Shown here: positions 30,560-32,000 of the stretch, in pieces
How the letters are laid out: each line of letters starts with the position of its first letter
How positions within the stretch are numbered: the stretch's first letter is position 1
Assembly (NCBI RefSeq): GCF_000011805.1
Contig: NC_006841.2
Direction: 5' to 3' (one strand)
Origin: Aliivibrio fischeri ES114
GTDB taxonomy: Bacteria; Pseudomonadota; Gammaproteobacteria; Enterobacterales; Vibrionaceae
Length of the DNA: 32,000 bases
Translations under genes and position numbers: made by a program
Notes under the pieces: model-generated
What the model was told of the DNA's origin: nothing
The model's database searches: none
The model's input: only the letters and a program-made list of their open reading frames with translations

Positions 30560-32000
30560 ATGAAAGGCGATATTGGCGTAATTGGTCTTGCAGTAATGGG
30601 CCAGAACCTAATTCTAAATATGAACGATCACGGTTATAAAGTGGTAGCACATAACCGAACTGCTGAAAAAGTAGATGAGTTCTTACAAGGTCCTGCAAAA
30701 GGGACAAATATTGTTGGTGCATATTCGCTTCAAGAGTTAGTTGATAAATTAGAATCACCACGCAAAATTATGTTAATGGTACGAGCTGGTGATGTTGTTG
30801 ATTCATTTATCGACAAGTTGGTTCCTTTATTAGATAAAGGTGACATCATCATTGATGGTGGTAATACAAATTTCCCAGATACTAACCGTCGTGTTGCTGC
30901 GCTGAAAGAGAAAGGAATTCACTTTATTGGTTCTGGTGTTTCTGGTGGTGAAGAAGGTGCTCGTTTTGGTCCTTCAATTATGCCTGGAGGTTCACCTGAA
31001 GCATGGCCATTTGTTAAACCAATTTTCCAAGCTATTTCAGCGAAAACTGAAAATAATGAGCCTTGTTGTGATTGGGTTGGTAACGATGGTGCTGGCCACT
31101 TTGTAAAAATGGTTCATAACGGCATTGAATATGGCGATATGCAGCTTATCACAGAAGCATACCAGTTCATGAAAGACGGCCTTGGTATGACGCACGATGA
31201 AATGCAGTCTGTTTTTATTGAGTGGAATAAAACCGAGCTAAATAGTTATTTAGTAGAAATCACTTCAGATATCTTAGGTTATAAAGATACAGATGGTGAA
31301 CCATTAGTAGAAAAAATTCTTGATACTGCTGGCCAAAAAGGCACAGGTAAGTGGACAGGAATTAATGCATTAGATATGGGTATCCCATTAACGCTAATTA
31401 CAGAATCTGTATTTGCACGCTGTTTATCATCATTAAAAGATCAACGTGTAGAGGCTGAAGAGTTATTTGGTAAGAAAGAATCGATTGTTGAAGGTGATAA
31501 ACAAGTTTGGATAGAAGCATTACGCCAAGCACTTTTAGCATCGAAAATCATCTCATATGCACAAGGCTTTATGTTGATGCGTGAAGCGTCAAACGAGAAT
31601 GGTTGGGATCTAAATTACGGTAACGTGGCATTGATGTGGCGTGGTGGTTGTATTATCCGTTCTGCATTCTTAAGTAATATTCGTGATGCGTACGATATTG
31701 ATCCTGAACTTTCCTTTTTAGGTTCAGATAGCTACTTCAAAGGTATTCTAGAAAATAGTATGTCTGCATGGAGAAAAGTAGCAGCAAAATCAATGGAAGT
31801 AGGGATCCCAATGCCATCAATGACATCAGCATTGACTTTCCTTGATGGTTATACAACAGCTCGTCTTCCTGCAAACTTACTGCAAGCACAACGTGATTAT
31901 TTTGGTGCTCATACTTACGAGCGTGTAGATAAACCAAAAGGTGAGTTTTTCCATACGAATTGGACAGGTAAAGGCGGTGATGTATCATCGACAACGTATA
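30560..32000 (+). CDS. gnd: 6-phosphogluconate dehydrogenase (decarboxylating); the last few codons lie outside the window
   Basis: It is absent from the ORF track because no stop falls in the window. My translation from ATG 30560 (GGAG RBS at 30549) gives MKGDIGVIGLAVMGQNLILNMNDHGYKVVAHNRTAEKVDEF. The frame stays open to 31999 (480 codons), ending ..HTNWTGKGGDVSSTTY. Confidence 0.93.
   Translation, partial: MKGDIGVIGLAVMGQNLILNMNDHGYKVVAHNRTAEKVDEFLQGPAKGTNIVGAYSLQELVDKLESPRKIMLMVRAGDVVDSFIDKLVPLLDKGDIIIDGGNTNFPDTNRRVAALKEKGIHFIGSGVSGGEEGARFGPSIMPGGSPEAWPFVKPIFQAISAKTENNEPCCDWVGNDGAGHFVKMVHNGIEYGDMQLITEAYQFMKDGLGMTHDEMQSVFIEWNKTELNSYLVEITSDILGYKDTDGEPLVEKILDTAGQKGTGKWTGINALDMGIPLTLITESVFARCLSSLKDQRVEAEELFGKKESIVEGDKQVWIEALRQALLASKIISYAQGFMLMREASNENGWDLNYGNVALMWRGGCIIRSAFLSNIRDAYDIDPELSFLGSDSYFKGILENSMSAWRKVAAKSMEVGIPMPSMTSALTFLDGYTTARLPANLLQAQRDYFGAHTYERVDKPKGEFFHTNWTGKGGDVSSTTY

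Noticed and set aside
28414-31994. Minus-strand ORFs 28414..28671, 30513..30761 and 31737..31994
   Set aside because: They are antisense to zwf, pgl and gnd. The last two look free-standing only because gnd itself is missing from the ORF track.

Overview
Chromosomal window from a low-GC marine gammaproteobacterium. Gene content and order (csiV-mfd-plzB opposite lolCDE, hutC plus hutIGUH, zwf-pgl-gnd) look like Vibrionaceae, probably Aliivibrio or Vibrio. This taxon call is an inference from recalled synteny and AT-rich codon usage, not from a search. Left to right: the 3' 900 codons of a CusA-type Cu/Ag RND pump and a Met/His-rich cupredoxin; two tandem paralogous methyl-accepting chemotaxis proteins; a DUF2164 gene; the histidine-utilisation genes hutH, hutU, hutG, hutI and the repressor hutC (all minus strand); a SAM methyltransferase; a membrane-anchored FKBP isomerase and a DsbA-like lipoprotein; csiV, mfd and a PilZ-like gene; lolCDE; then an AT-rich three-gene operon; and finally zwf-pgl-gnd. 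gnd is missing from the ORF track because it runs off the 3' edge. I found no tRNA, rRNA, CRISPR array, transposase or integrase. The best candidate for an undescribed system is the operon at 24451..28164. It encodes a soluble protein with three tandem CxxC zinc ribbons and a GGDEF domain whose active site is lost (NSELM) but whose RxxD I-site is intact, then a processive QxxRW family-2 glycosyltransferase, then a lone HlyD-type membrane-fusion protein. This resembles the Alg8/Alg44, BgsA/BgsB, PelD and PssE cyclic-di-GMP-gated polysaccharide synthases, but with a receptor architecture I cannot match to any described system. The synthase gene is split by a 1-nt frameshift at paired A5 runs (26142..26154).
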